DNA of 53,818 nt from an uncultured Anaerolineales bacterium (GCA_903825565.1 CAIKBD010000488.1:1-53818); one strand, 5' to 3'; positions 1 to 10,016 are shown, counted from the first letter of the stretch. The notes: generated by a model not told the origin, from the letters alone. Made by a program: numbers and translations.

Positions 1-159
1 GGCGAGGCGTGGCCCAACAACGATCATATCCGCCTGTTCATTGACCTCGATCTAAAAATGTCGCGCCTCGTCCCCGTGTTCGAGTCGTTCAAGGAACCAC
101 TCCTCGACGCGGTTAAACTGTGGTTACCCGGCAGTCTACCTTCAATTTTCAATTTGTGA
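1..159 (+). CDS. 3' end of a gene truncated by the window edge (possibly CvpA-like membrane protein; inference from synteny with mutS2)
   Basis: Frame 1 is open from base 1 (GEAWPNNDHIRLFIDLDLKMSRLVPVFESFKEPLLDAVKLWLPGSLPSIFNL*). Its TGA at 157-159 overlaps the mutS2 ATG (TGATG). Confidence 0.5.
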   Translation, partial: GEAWPNNDHIRLFIDLDLKMSRLVPVFESFKEPLLDAVKLWLPGSLPSIFNL

Positions 160-2525
160 TGAACCCAAAATACTTTCGCACACTCGAATTCGACAAAATC
201 CTCGCGCGGTTGGCGACGCACGCCGCGTTTGCCGCCAGCGCCGAACTGGCGTGCGCGCTGACGCCCGCGACCGATGCGGCAACCGTTGCGCGCTGGCAAA
301 GCGAAACGACCGAAGCGCGCGCATTGATCGATCAAAATTCCGAAATCAGCGTGGGCGGCGCGCATGACGTGCGCCCGCTCACCAAAAATGCGCGCATCGG
401 CGCGACGCTCCCGCCGCTCGATCTGATCGAAATCCGCCAAACCGTGGTCGCCGCACGCACGTTGCGCCGCGCGTTGGTGCGCCTTGCCGCGACGTACCCG
501 CGCCTCGCCGAACGCGCGACGACGCTCGCCGAATTGCCGGCGCTCGTGGAGACAATCGGGCGCGCGATCAACGAACGCGCCGAGGTCGCAGACAATGCGT
601 CGCCGGAACTCGCGCGCATCCGCCACGACCTCGGCGTGCAACGCGCACGGTTGATGGAAAAATTGCAACGGCTGATCGGCTCCTCCGCCAAAGTCGTCCA
701 AGAACCCATCATCACCGAACGCGACGGGCGGTACGTCATCCCGCTTCGCGCGGAAGCGAAAGGCAAAATCCCCGGGATCGTGCACGACACGAGCGCGAGC
801 GGCGCGACGATTTTCATCGAACCGCTCGCCGTGGTGGAGATGGGCAACCGCGTGCGCGAACTGGAGCGCGCCGAAGCGCGCGAAGTCGAACGCATTTTGC
901 GCGAACTCACCGCGCTCGTCGCCGCGCACGCCGACGAACTGGATTGGACGGTGGAAACGCTCGCCGAGATCGATCTCGCATTGGCGAAGGCAAAGTACTC
1001 GGCGGGGATTCGCGGCGTCGCGCCTAAATTCGAAATTCCAAATTCCAAATTGGCAATCCCGATTTTAGAGCTAGTGGAAGCGCGGCATCCTCTGCTCGAT
1101 CCCGAACACGTCGTGCCGATCACCGTGCGGCTCGGCGGCGAGTTTTCGATCTTGATCATCACAGGACCCAACACCGGCGGCAAAACCGTCACGCTGAAAA
1201 CCGTGGGCTTGCTCGCGTTGATGGCGCAAAGCGGTTTGCACATTCCCGTGCGCGCCGGCTCGCGCGTGCCGATTTTTACCGGCGTCTACGCCGACATCGG
1301 CGACGAGCAATCCATCGAACAATCGCTCTCCACGTTTTCGTCGCATCTCAAAAACATCACCGAAATTTTGCGTGCGGCTGATTTGCAATCGCTCGTCCTG
1401 CTCGATGAACTGGGCGCGGGCACAGACCCCGTCGAAGGGGCGGCGCTGGCGCGCGCGATTCTGCGCCACTTGTTGGAGCGAAAAATCCCCGCGCTCGTCG
1501 CCACGCATTACGCGGAATTGAAAGCGTTCGCGCACACGACGCCGGGCGCGCAAAACGCTTCGATGGAATTCAACGTCGAAACGCTTTCGCCGACGTACCA
1601 CCTGACCATTGGCTTGCCCGGTCGCTCGAACGCGTTTGCGATTGCGACGCGCCTGGGTCTCGACCCGGCGATCATCGCACAGGCGAAAACGGCGTTGACG
1701 CAAACGGATGTCGAACTGGAGGCGATGCTCGCGCAGATCAAACGCGCGCATCAGGATGCGGCGTCCGCGCGCGCGCACGCCGAGATCGCGCAGCGCGAAG
1801 CGGAGCAACGCGCAACCGAGACGCGGCGCAAGCTGGCGGAGATCGAAGCGGCGCGCGCGGCAATTCTCGAACAGGCGCACGCGCAGGCGCAAGCCGAGAT
1901 CGATCTCGCGCGCGCAGAACTCGAACGGCTGCGCCAAGAATGGCGCGCGACGCCGGCGACGCGCGATTTCGTCGCCGACGCGCAAACCAAGTTGAGCGAT
2001 TTGGCGGCGGTGTTGCCCAAACCGGCAACGTCCGCGCTCATGCCGCCGCCGCCCGCGCCGGTTGCGCCGGGCGAAATCAAAGCCGGCGATCATGTGTGGG
2101 TCGCGCGTCTGGGTCAGCGCGGCACCGTCCTCGCGCGCGATGCGAGCGGCGCGGATGTCCAAGTTGGCAGTTTTCGCGTGCGCTTGAAACCGGAAGAACT
2201 GGGCGATAAACTCGCCGCGCCCGCCGAGCCGGCGCGCGAAATGGCGAGCACGATCAGCGTGCCGGTCGCCGATTCGCCCGGCGTCGAAGTGAGTTTGCGC
2301 GGGATGCGCGCGGATGACGCGCTCGAGACGTTGGAAAAATATTTGGATCGTGCTTATGTGGCGGGGCTACCTTACGTGCGCGTTGTGCACGGCAAAGGCA
2401 CCGGCACTTTGCGGAAACTCACACGCGATTTGTTGCGCGCTCACCCGTTGGTTCATTCGATTCGGGAAGCCGCGGCGCACGAAGGCGGCGAGGGCGTGAC
2501 GGTTGTGAAATTTGTCAGTCGTTGA
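159..2525 (+). CDS. mutS2: Endonuclease MutS2 (MutS ATPase domain + C-terminal Smr domain)
   Basis: N-terminal LEFDKI, HDTSASGATIFIEP, Walker A TGPNTGGKT, DIGDEQSIEQSLSTFSSH, LLDELGAGTDP, Smr motif VHGKGTG..GGEGVT. ATG 159 is coupled to the upstream stop. Confidence 0.96.
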   Translation: MNPKYFRTLEFDKILARLATHAAFAASAELACALTPATDAATVARWQSETTEARALIDQNSEISVGGAHDVRPLTKNARIGATLPPLDLIEIRQTVVAARTLRRALVRLAATYPRLAERATTLAELPALVETIGRAINERAEVADNASPELARIRHDLGVQRARLMEKLQRLIGSSAKVVQEPIITERDGRYVIPLRAEAKGKIPGIVHDTSASGATIFIEPLAVVEMGNRVRELERAEAREVERILRELTALVAAHADELDWTVETLAEIDLALAKAKYSAGIRGVAPKFEIPNSKLAIPILELVEARHPLLDPEHVVPITVRLGGEFSILIITGPNTGGKTVTLKTVGLLALMAQSGLHIPVRAGSRVPIFTGVYADIGDEQSIEQSLSTFSSHLKNITEILRAADLQSLVLLDELGAGTDPVEGAALARAILRHLLERKIPALVATHYAELKAFAHTTPGAQNASMEFNVETLSPTYHLTIGLPGRSNAFAIATRLGLDPAIIAQAKTALTQTDVELEAMLAQIKRAHQDAASARAHAEIAQREAEQRATETRRKLAEIEAARAAILEQAHAQAQAEIDLARAELERLRQEWRATPATRDFVADAQTKLSDLAAVLPKPATSALMPPPPAPVAPGEIKAGDHVWVARLGQRGTVLARDASGADVQVGSFRVRLKPEELGDKLAAPAEPAREMASTISVPVADSPGVEVSLRGMRADDALETLEKYLDRAYVAGLPYVRVVHGKGTGTLRKLTRDLLRAHPLVHSIREAAAHEGGEGVTVVKFVSR

Positions 2526-2552
2526 TGTGTCCCCCTCAACGGTGAGGACAAG

Positions 2553-3704
2553 ATGACTCGGGAGCGATGTGCCTTTTGTGATTTGACCGCCGATTTGGCG
2601 GCACTTGAAAGTACGGATTTACGCGGCTTGGTCAGCGTGTTGACCGGTTATGCGATCCGAAACCTGGGAGTCAGCGCGGCGGATGTGTTGCTGTTCGACG
2701 CGCCGACGCAAAAATTGGTGAATGCCGGCGGACGCAGTTTTCAACATAGCATCGAGGGCAAGACGTTGCGCTTGGACGATTCGCTGGCTGGGCAGGTTGT
2801 GATTGGGCGCAGCCCGATTCGCCTTGCTCATCTGGCGCGCGCGAAAAATGATTACGCCAATATTCCCGATCTCATTACCGAAGGTTTTGTGATGTACGCG
2901 GGCGCGCCGCTGATCGCGCACAACCAAGTGCGCGGCGTGCTCGAAGTGTTCTGCCGCGACAGTGTCAATCCGCATAACGGTTGGTTCGATGCGCTTGCCG
3001 AGATTGCCGAAAAAACTGCGCCTGCGCTCGATCATGTTTTGCTGGCGCGCCGCTTGCAACGCGCGAACACCGATCTCGCGCAAGGCATTGACGCGCTGAT
3101 CGAGGGCTGGTCGAACGCGCTCGAACTGCGCGACTTTGAACCGCAAGGACACACGATGCGCGTCACCGAGTACACCGTCGAATTCGCGCATCTGGTCGGT
3201 GTGCCCGATGCGGAACTGGTGCACGTTCGGCGCGGTGCGCTGTTGCACGATGTTGGCAAAATGGGGATTCCCGATCAGATTCTGCTCAAGACCGAATCGC
3301 TGAGCGATGATGAATGGGCGGTGATGCGCCAGCATCCACTCATCGGGTACCAGTTTCTCGCCGAAGTGGAAATTCTCAAGCCCGCGCTCGATATTCCGCG
3401 CTATCATCATGAACGCTGGGATGGTGCGGGGTACCCGCACGGCTTAAAGGGGGAGCAAATCCCGTTTGCCGCGCGTTTGTTTTCGATTGTGGATGTGTGG
3501 GACACGCTGAAATCGGATCGCCCGTACCGCAAGGGCTGGGTGGATGAAAAAGTGCGGCAATTCATTCATGATGTGGGTGGGCGGCAGTTCGATCCCGATC
3601 TGGCGGATAAATTTCTCAAATTGCTGGAAGGTGGCGACAAGCGTCGTCATAGCGAAGAAGCTCAGTACTCGCGCACATACCAAGATGTCCGGTTCAACGT
3701 CTAG
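2553..3704 (+). CDS. GAF + HD-GYP domain protein (putative c-di-GMP phosphodiesterase)
   Basis: N-terminal GAF (YAGAPLIAHNQVRGVLEV); LLHDVGK, HHERWDGAGYP and DRPYR motifs; SD GAGG upstream. Confidence 0.9.
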   Translation: MTRERCAFCDLTADLAALESTDLRGLVSVLTGYAIRNLGVSAADVLLFDAPTQKLVNAGGRSFQHSIEGKTLRLDDSLAGQVVIGRSPIRLAHLARAKNDYANIPDLITEGFVMYAGAPLIAHNQVRGVLEVFCRDSVNPHNGWFDALAEIAEKTAPALDHVLLARRLQRANTDLAQGIDALIEGWSNALELRDFEPQGHTMRVTEYTVEFAHLVGVPDAELVHVRRGALLHDVGKMGIPDQILLKTESLSDDEWAVMRQHPLIGYQFLAEVEILKPALDIPRYHHERWDGAGYPHGLKGEQIPFAARLFSIVDVWDTLKSDRPYRKGWVDEKVRQFIHDVGGRQFDPDLADKFLKLLEGGDKRRHSEEAQYSRTYQDVRFNV

Positions 3705-3794
3705 CGGTCGCCGATTGCTTCGAGCTTGTGTGGTATTGCAAATGATTTGACAAGCTAGGGCGAGAATCGGAAACGCGTCTGGTTCTTCCATCTA

Positions 3795-3859
3795 AAACTG
3801 CGGGGTCAGAGATTCTTCGGGTTTCCCCAAAAACCGAAGAGTCGCTGACCCCGCAGTTT
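3795..3859. terminator. Long inverted repeat between convergent genes (bidirectional terminator or REP-like element)
   Basis: AAACTGCGGGGTCAG ... CTGACCCCGCAGTTT outer arms with inner TCTTCGG/CCGAAGA pairing. Confidence 0.6.
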
Positions 3860-3948
3860 GATCTAGCGGGAATGAATTTACGTTCGCGTTAAACCCGCCC
3901 GCGAAGGAGTATTGCCGGTTGGCGCAAGCCGTGGTTTCCGCGCGCAGC

Positions 3949-4848
3949 TTACACCACTTTGGTCCGGGCTTCAACAGACTGGCGCGTGCATTGTATAAAA
4001 TGTGCGGCGGCATTGGATAACGTAACCCCTTTGGGATAGCACAGATAAATTTGCGAAGCCATGCTCGGTGAAATATCCACAATCGAGACTTTGGGATTAA
4101 AGTCGTAGCGCGCCAATTGTTTCCACATTAGGGCAACGCCCATGCCCTGAGTTACCAAATCAATGAGGTTTTCAAACTTGCTGTCGGTATGCGCCACTCT
4201 GGGTTTGAAGCCGCTTTGGTTGCAGGCGCTGGTACAGAGTCTATACTGCGTCGAGCTTTTTTCGGGCAGCAGAAAATCCTCGTTCGCCAACATTTTCATA
4301 GATATGGTTTGCTGCTTAGCCAAAGGATGATCGCTGGGGAGCACTGCCGCCAGCGTATCCACTGCAAAGAGTATTTTGACCAGATCTTTATCCACACCAT
4401 TCGTTGCGCGAATAAAGGCAAGCTCACATTTTTTTTGGCGGAGCATTTCCTTCAATTCCTCCGACGTCGAGATTCCAATATTGATCATGGATTTAGGACG
4501 GCTTTTCTTATATCTGCCCAGAATTTCTGTAATGTTATATTGCGCTAAAGAGTGGAAGGAACCCAGCGTCAGGATTTCGCGCGTGGTCGCCAGGTTGCTC
4601 TGGATTAGGGTAGTATACTTGTCCTCAAGCTCCACGATTTGCTTGGCATAGGGCAGTAAGAGCTGACCGAAATCGGTGATCTCGACCTTGCGTGATGTGC
4701 GGTCAAAGAGGCGAACGCCCAATTCGGATTCAGCTTTTCTAAGATGTTTGGACAGAACGGAGGGCGAGGAAAACAGCACATTGGCGGCTTGTACAAAATT
4801 TCTGGTTTGTGTAATGACCACAAATTCCCTTAGAAAGTTAATATCCAA
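3949..4848 (-). CDS. LysR-family transcriptional regulator
   Basis: HTH (NFVQAANVLFSSPSVLSKHLRKAESELGVRLFDRTSR) plus substrate-binding domain. TTG start at 4848 with SD AGGTGA; the ORF-track start at 4950 lies upstream of the predicted promoter. Confidence 0.93.
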   Translation of the reverse strand: MDINFLREFVVITQTRNFVQAANVLFSSPSVLSKHLRKAESELGVRLFDRTSRKVEITDFGQLLLPYAKQIVELEDKYTTLIQSNLATTREILTLGSFHSLAQYNITEILGRYKKSRPKSMINIGISTSEELKEMLRQKKCELAFIRATNGVDKDLVKILFAVDTLAAVLPSDHPLAKQQTISMKMLANEDFLLPEKSSTQYRLCTSACNQSGFKPRVAHTDSKFENLIDLVTQGMGVALMWKQLARYDFNPKVSIVDISPSMASQIYLCYPKGVTLSNAAAHFIQCTRQSVEARTKVV

Positions 4849-4887
4849 TTTCTCACCTGCTTTCTGTTCGTGTCCAATCTGGAAATG

Positions 4888-4916
4888 ATCGTACTCAAAA
4901 TCGAAACAATTGTCAA
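4888..4916 (-). promoter_or_regulatory. sigma70-type promoter of lysR
   Basis: Minus strand TTGACA-17 nt-TACGAT. Confidence 0.65.
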
Positions 4917-5283
4917 TAGTTTGTGCTGTATAATTGAAACGACGTATCATTTTTACCTATGCCCGGCGTTGGCGTCTCTAATCTCAAAGAGGAGAAAATG
5001 AATTACTTTTGCGATGGCGCTTACCTTTCCACCGCTCGGCATTGTTTGTTCAGCACCTTCCTCTTGAAGCGAGTCACCAACGCAGAACGCGCCCGCGTTC
5101 AATGTGTGACCAGGGTCACTCTCCACGACTCGCCATTTTGCAGTTCTGCACTCATCGCCGATACCATTTCCCCATTTGTATTGATGCGTGCTTGGCACAC
5201 GCGAAAGGAGGCACTATACGCTTCACGCCCCAATCAAGCCACGCGATAACGGTATCAAAAGGATAAACCCACGAGGAGAAAAA

Positions 5284-7041
5284 ATGAAAACCCAAAAATT
5301 TCTGTTAATGCTTGTCGGCTTGATCGTGCTGTTGAGTTTGATCAGCGCATGTTCTGCCGCAACGCCTGAACCGACCAAAGCCCCAGCGCCAACCTCCGCA
5401 CCAGCCGCGCCAACCAAAGCGGCGGCGGCGGAACCGACCAAAGCGCCCGCCGCGCCCACGACTGCCGCCGCCGCTACCAAGGCACCGGAACCCACTAAAG
5501 CGGCGGCTCCGTCCGCTTCGGCGTGGCAAGCCAAGCCCGCCAACTGGACTGAGGCGATGGCGACCAAATCGTTTACGTACCACACCTCCGAAGATATTGT
5601 CGCGCTCGCCAAGTGGTCCACCACGACGAACAATACGATCCAGGTCATCAGTTACCTCGTCTTTGATCCGCTGATCGTGCAAGACGAAGATGGTCAATAC
5701 AAACCCTGGCTCGCCAAAGCGTGGAAATTTACGGATGATGCCAAGTCCGTCACCTTTGAATTGCGCGATGATGTGTATTTTACCGATGGCAACAAAATGA
5801 CTGCCGCCGATGTCATCTTTACGCTCGAACAACTCCGCGATGACAAGACGCATTATCCCGATTCCGTCGTCAGCAATCTGCGCCGATTCTTTGGCAAGAT
5901 GGAGAAGATTGACGATTACAAGTTCACGCTCAACTTGAACCAGCCCATGCCCGAGTTTTATTATCAAATGACCGCGCCAGGTTTGGAAATCTTCAGCAAA
6001 GCCGCCTTTGAAAAGATGGGCTATGACGCATTCTGGAAAAATCCCGTCGGCACGGGCGCGTACGTCGTCGAATCTTACAATCAACCCAACAGCATCATCA
6101 AACTGACTCTCCGTACCGACAAGAACGGCTACTGGGGCTACAAAGCGAGCAATCGTTATACCAACGTCAAGAACATTACGATCCAGTACTCGGCGGAAGC
6201 GCAGACGCGTTTGGCTTCGCTCCGCTCCAAAGAAATCCAAATGATCAACACCGTGCCGCCGACCGAAAAAGCGAATCTGGACAAGCAAGGTTTCACGACC
6301 ATGCTCCTGACGCCGATGAATACGGTCTTTCTCCAGATGGCGACTGCCAAGGGCGATACGTTTGAAAATGCGAAACTGCGCGAAGCCCTGTCCTTGGCGA
6401 TTGACCGCGATGTGATCGTGGCAACTCTGCTGAACGGTTATGCGACGCCCGCGCGTTGGCCCGCGCGTCAAGGCGACCTGGGCTATGAAGAAAAGCCGGC
6501 GACGCCGATTACGTACAACAAAGCCAAAGCCCAACAGCTCGTCAAAGAATCCGGCTATACGGGCAAAGAAGTCAATTTCATCTACACCCAGGCGTACGTC
6601 AATATCGGCAACGAGTTGGCGCAAGCCATTCAATCTATGGCGGCTGAGGTTGGCATCAAGGTCAAGATCAGTCCGCTCGAACGCGCCACGTACGATGAAG
6701 CGCGTTTGAAACATCAATTCGACATCGTGCTTGCCGCGATTGGTTACAGTGGCAATGCCTGGTACAAGACCGCGCACGATGTGATCGGCATGGATCGGTT
6801 CAACACCGGGGTCCAGAACAAGAAACTCAAAGACCTTGCCATCTCGCTGGAAAACATTGTGGATGAGCCAAAAGCCGCCGCCATCTACAAACAAATCTAT
6901 GCCATCGAAACCACGGAATTTGATCCGCACATCTATCTCTATTGGCCCAGCAATATCAATGCGTGGGATGTCAAGGTGACCGGTGCCCTGTGGCACAAGA
7001 ACCAGTATCCCGATTTGAGCAGTTTGGTGATCAAGGACTAG
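5284..7041 (+). CDS. ABC transporter substrate-binding lipoprotein, family 5 (DppA/OppA-like)
   Basis: SD GAGGAG, signal peptide with LISAC lipobox, EPTKAP-rich linker, FELRDDVYFTDGNKMTAADV, PVGTGAY, LREALSLAIDR. Confidence 0.92.
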   Translation: MKTQKFLLMLVGLIVLLSLISACSAATPEPTKAPAPTSAPAAPTKAAAAEPTKAPAAPTTAAAATKAPEPTKAAAPSASAWQAKPANWTEAMATKSFTYHTSEDIVALAKWSTTTNNTIQVISYLVFDPLIVQDEDGQYKPWLAKAWKFTDDAKSVTFELRDDVYFTDGNKMTAADVIFTLEQLRDDKTHYPDSVVSNLRRFFGKMEKIDDYKFTLNLNQPMPEFYYQMTAPGLEIFSKAAFEKMGYDAFWKNPVGTGAYVVESYNQPNSIIKLTLRTDKNGYWGYKASNRYTNVKNITIQYSAEAQTRLASLRSKEIQMINTVPPTEKANLDKQGFTTMLLTPMNTVFLQMATAKGDTFENAKLREALSLAIDRDVIVATLLNGYATPARWPARQGDLGYEEKPATPITYNKAKAQQLVKESGYTGKEVNFIYTQAYVNIGNELAQAIQSMAAEVGIKVKISPLERATYDEARLKHQFDIVLAAIGYSGNAWYKTAHDVIGMDRFNTGVQNKKLKDLAISLENIVDEPKAAAIYKQIYAIETTEFDPHIYLYWPSNINAWDVKVTGALWHKNQYPDLSSLVIKD

Positions 7042-7055
7042 CGCAACCGCGCGAG

Positions 7056-7171
7056 GTCATCCCTTGCAATGAGGTGTTGTGCATACGATTGTTGTATGCA
7101 CAACACCAAATCAAGTCAGGACTTTTTGTCACTGCGCAGAGATTTCTCGTCGCTTTGTTCCGCGAAATGAC
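7056..7171. repeat. Palindromic intergenic repeat (REP/RPE-like) with internal hairpin
   Basis: GTCAT...ATGAC ends; perfect 14-bp stem GGTGTTGTGCATAC/GTATGCACAACACC at 7073-7107. Confidence 0.5.
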
Positions 7172-7189
7172 AATTAAGCGAAAGCCCAA

Positions 7190-8125
7190 ATGAAGGTTGA
7201 ATCCATGAGAAATAATTTACTCAAACGACTCGGTCTGACGGTGTTTGTCCTGATCGGGGTAACGCTGATCGCGTTTGTCCTGATGCGGCTGGGGGGCGGT
7301 GACCCAGCCGTGATGATGGCTGGCGGCATGGCAACCAAAGAAGAAGTCCAAGATTACCGCGTCCGCATGGGGCTGGACCAATCTTATCTGGTCCAGTATC
7401 TGACCTACATGAATGGTATTTTGCATGGCGACCTGGGTTACTCGTGGAGTTATCACACGAGTGTCGGCGAAGTCCTTTCCGTCAGATTGGTCCAAACCTT
7501 CAACCTGACTCTGTTTGGTTTTTTCATCGCCTCGATTTTTTCGATGCTCCTGGGTACGATTGCCGGCATCCGTCACGGGAGTCCGATTGATTTCGTCGCG
7601 CTCCTCTTTGCGATTATCGGTCAGTCCATGTCCATCGTCTGGCTTGGTTTTGTCTTGATCCTGATCTTTGGGGTCCAACTCAAATGGTTGCCGACACAAG
7701 GTCTCGGCGGACTCCAACACATGATCATGCCCGGCATTTGTCTTGGGTTTGGTTATGCCGCTGTGCAAACCAGGATGATGCGTTCGGGCATGGTGGATGT
7801 TTTGAAAGAAGATTACGTCGTCGCCACCCGCGCGCGCGGCATTTCAAAGAGCAGGACGTATTTGGTCTATGCGTTGCGCAATGCGTTATTGCCCATCATC
7901 ACCAACATGGGCAATCAATTCGGGCATCTGTTGGCGGGCGTGGTGGTCGTCGAAACTATATTCAATTGGCCCGGCATCGGACAATTGCTTGTGCAAGCCA
8001 TCAATATGCGCGACTATCAACTAGTCCAGTCGGCGCTTCTGATCACTTCGATCTTGCTGGTATTGTGTAATTTGCTTGCCGACATTTTGTATACGGTCGT
8101 TGATCCGCGGATCTCATTTCAATAG
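7190..8125 (+). CDS. ABC transporter permease (DppB/OppB-like)
   Basis: GDPA, GLD..Y..QY, EDYVVATRARG (EAA loop), VVETIFNWPGIG. Alternative start ATG 7205. Confidence 0.92.
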   Translation: MKVESMRNNLLKRLGLTVFVLIGVTLIAFVLMRLGGGDPAVMMAGGMATKEEVQDYRVRMGLDQSYLVQYLTYMNGILHGDLGYSWSYHTSVGEVLSVRLVQTFNLTLFGFFIASIFSMLLGTIAGIRHGSPIDFVALLFAIIGQSMSIVWLGFVLILIFGVQLKWLPTQGLGGLQHMIMPGICLGFGYAAVQTRMMRSGMVDVLKEDYVVATRARGISKSRTYLVYALRNALLPIITNMGNQFGHLLAGVVVVETIFNWPGIGQLLVQAINMRDYQLVQSALLITSILLVLCNLLADILYTVVDPRISFQ

Positions 8126-8139
8126 AGGAGGAGTAGGTT

Positions 8140-8997
8140 ATGAAATTCAGCACCCTTCTTCGCAAGATGAGCAAGAGCATCTTGTTCATGGTCGGTTTCT
8201 CGCTCATCGTTCTGATCATTCTAACCTGTGCGACCTCCAGCAGTTGGACGCAATGGAGCCCAACCATCTCAAAGCTGACCGAGCGGCTCAGGGAGCCGGA
8301 TTGGTTTGCGAATGGTGGACTCGCCGGTCATCCGTTAGGCACCGATCCCTTGGGGCGCGATGTGCTTACGCGGTTGTTGCAAGGCGGTTGGACTTCGCTC
8401 CAAATCGCGTTCATCGTTACGCTGATCAGCATGAGCATCGGCGCATTTGTCGGACTGATCACCGGCTATTTTGGCGGCGTCTTTGATATGATTGTCATGC
8501 GGATCTGCGACGTGCTAATGTCCATTCCGAATATCATGCTCGCGCTGTGCGTGGTGGCGATCCTGGGATCGAGTATGTTCAACCTGATCTTTACGCTTAC
8601 TGCGATTGGCTGGGTTTCGACGGCGCGCATCGTGCGCTCGGTCGCGCTCAAAACGAAACACCAAGAATTTATTTCGGCGTCCAAAGTGTTGGGCGCATCC
8701 ACGTGGCGCATTCTGTGGAAAGAAATGTTTCCGAACGCGATCACCCAACTGATGATTGCCGCGAGCGCGTATTTCGGCGGGACGATCTTGGTCGAAACGA
8801 ACCTGAGTTATCTCGGCATGGGCGTGCCGGTGCCGCAACCATCCTGGGGCAACATGATTTCGGACGGACGGCAATACCTTGCCGCCGCGCCCTGGGTCGT
8901 CATCGCACCGGGCATTGCGTTGATGCTGACCGTGCTCGCGTTCAACTTTATGGGCGATGGCATCCGCGATGTGTTCGATCCCAGAAACAAGAACTAG
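8140..8997 (+). CDS. ABC transporter permease (DppC/OppC-like)
   Basis: HPLGTDPLGRDV, LSYLGMG..P.PSWG, FNFMGDGIRD; SD GGAGG. Confidence 0.92.
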   Translation: MKFSTLLRKMSKSILFMVGFSLIVLIILTCATSSSWTQWSPTISKLTERLREPDWFANGGLAGHPLGTDPLGRDVLTRLLQGGWTSLQIAFIVTLISMSIGAFVGLITGYFGGVFDMIVMRICDVLMSIPNIMLALCVVAILGSSMFNLIFTLTAIGWVSTARIVRSVALKTKHQEFISASKVLGASTWRILWKEMFPNAITQLMIAASAYFGGTILVETNLSYLGMGVPVPQPSWGNMISDGRQYLAAAPWVVIAPGIALMLTVLAFNFMGDGIRDVFDPRNKN

Positions 8998-9008
8998 TGG
9001 AGACGATA

Positions 9009-10016
9009 ATGAAAGCAACGGGGCTTTTGGAAAAACAAGCGACACAATCAGATCAAGTCCTGCGGATTGAAAATCTGCATGTGGAATATCGTTCGGGTGG
9101 TGGCATTGCCAAAGCGGTCAACGGTGTGAACCTGACCTTGCACAAAGGCGAAGCCGTTGGGCTGGTAGGCGAAAGCGGCGCGGGCAAAACAACGACCGCG
9201 CTCTCGATTCTGAACCTGCTCCCGGAAGGTACGGGCTATATCACCAAAGGCGACATTTGGTTCAACAATGAATCAGTTTTGAAAAAGAGCGAAACGGAAC
9301 TCAACAAAATGCGCGGCGGACAAATCGGCATGGTGTTCGCCAATCCGTTGACCTCGCTCAATCCAGTGTTTACCATCGGGCATCAGGTGGCGATGGTGTT
9401 GATGAAACATCGCGGCATCAAAGAAAAACAAGCGAACGAAACTGTCAAGCAACTCTTGGAGATGGTGGGCATTCCGGGGGCGCGGCTCAACGATTATCCG
9501 TACCAACTTTCCGGCGGAATGCGCCAACGGGTCGGCATCATCGCGGCGTTGGCGTGCTCGCCGCAATTGCTCATCGCCGACGAACCGACCACCGCGCTCG
9601 ATGTGACGATTCAAGCGCAAATCCTGGAATTGATGAAAAAACTGCAAGCCGAGTATGCGTCGTCCTTGTTGATGATTACGCACAACCTGGGCATCATCTC
9701 CGAGCTGTGCCAACGCGTCGCGATCATGTACGGCGGCGAAATCGTCGAGTACGGCTCGGTGCGCGAAATTTTTACTGCGCCCAAACATTGGTACACTTAC
9801 GGACTGCTTCATGCAATTCCCAAGTTGACCGGTCCGCGCGAAACACTCGAAGCGTTGCCCGGCTTGGTTGCCAATGCCCAGAATTTACCGGCGGGGTGCA
9901 AGTTCCACGAACGGTGCAGTCATTGCTTGGAAAAATGCAAATCGCAAATTCCACCCATGTTCAAGATCACGGATAATCATTCCGTCGCGTGCTGGGATGT
10001 AGAGGGACAAGTATGA
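9009..10016 (+). CDS. ABC transporter ATP-binding protein (DppD/OppD-like)
   Basis: [27 protein letters not shown]-terminal [15 protein letters not shown] 9009 follows GGAG. Confidence 0.93.
   Translation: MKATGLLEKQATQSDQVLRIENLHVEYRSGGGIAKAVNGVNLTLHKGEAVGLVGESGAGKTTTALSILNLLPEGTGYITKGDIWFNNESVLKKSETELNKMRGGQIGMVFANPLTSLNPVFTIGHQVAMVLMKHRGIKEKQANETVKQLLEMVGIPGARLNDYPYQLSGGMRQRVGIIAALACSPQLLIADEPTTALDVTIQAQILELMKKLQAEYASSLLMITHNLGIISELCQRVAIMYGGEIVEYGSVREIFTAPKHWYTYGLLHAIPKLTGPRETLEALPGLVANAQNLPAGCKFHERCSHCLEKCKSQIPPMFKITDNHSVACWDVEGQV

Noticed and set aside
24-2162. Long antisense ORFs (24-929, 332-1243, 1071-2162) and similar ones elsewhere (e.g. 5305-6996, 23498-24805, 31025-32179)
   Set aside because: They are shadows of well-supported plus-strand genes in GC-rich DNA and have no motifs.
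8547-9008. N-terminal extension of the DppD-like ATPase (likewise 28287-28514 of the lactonase and 5188-5283 of the SBP)
   Set aside because: The extensions overlap upstream genes or precede a clear SD and ATG; the downstream starts fit family lengths.
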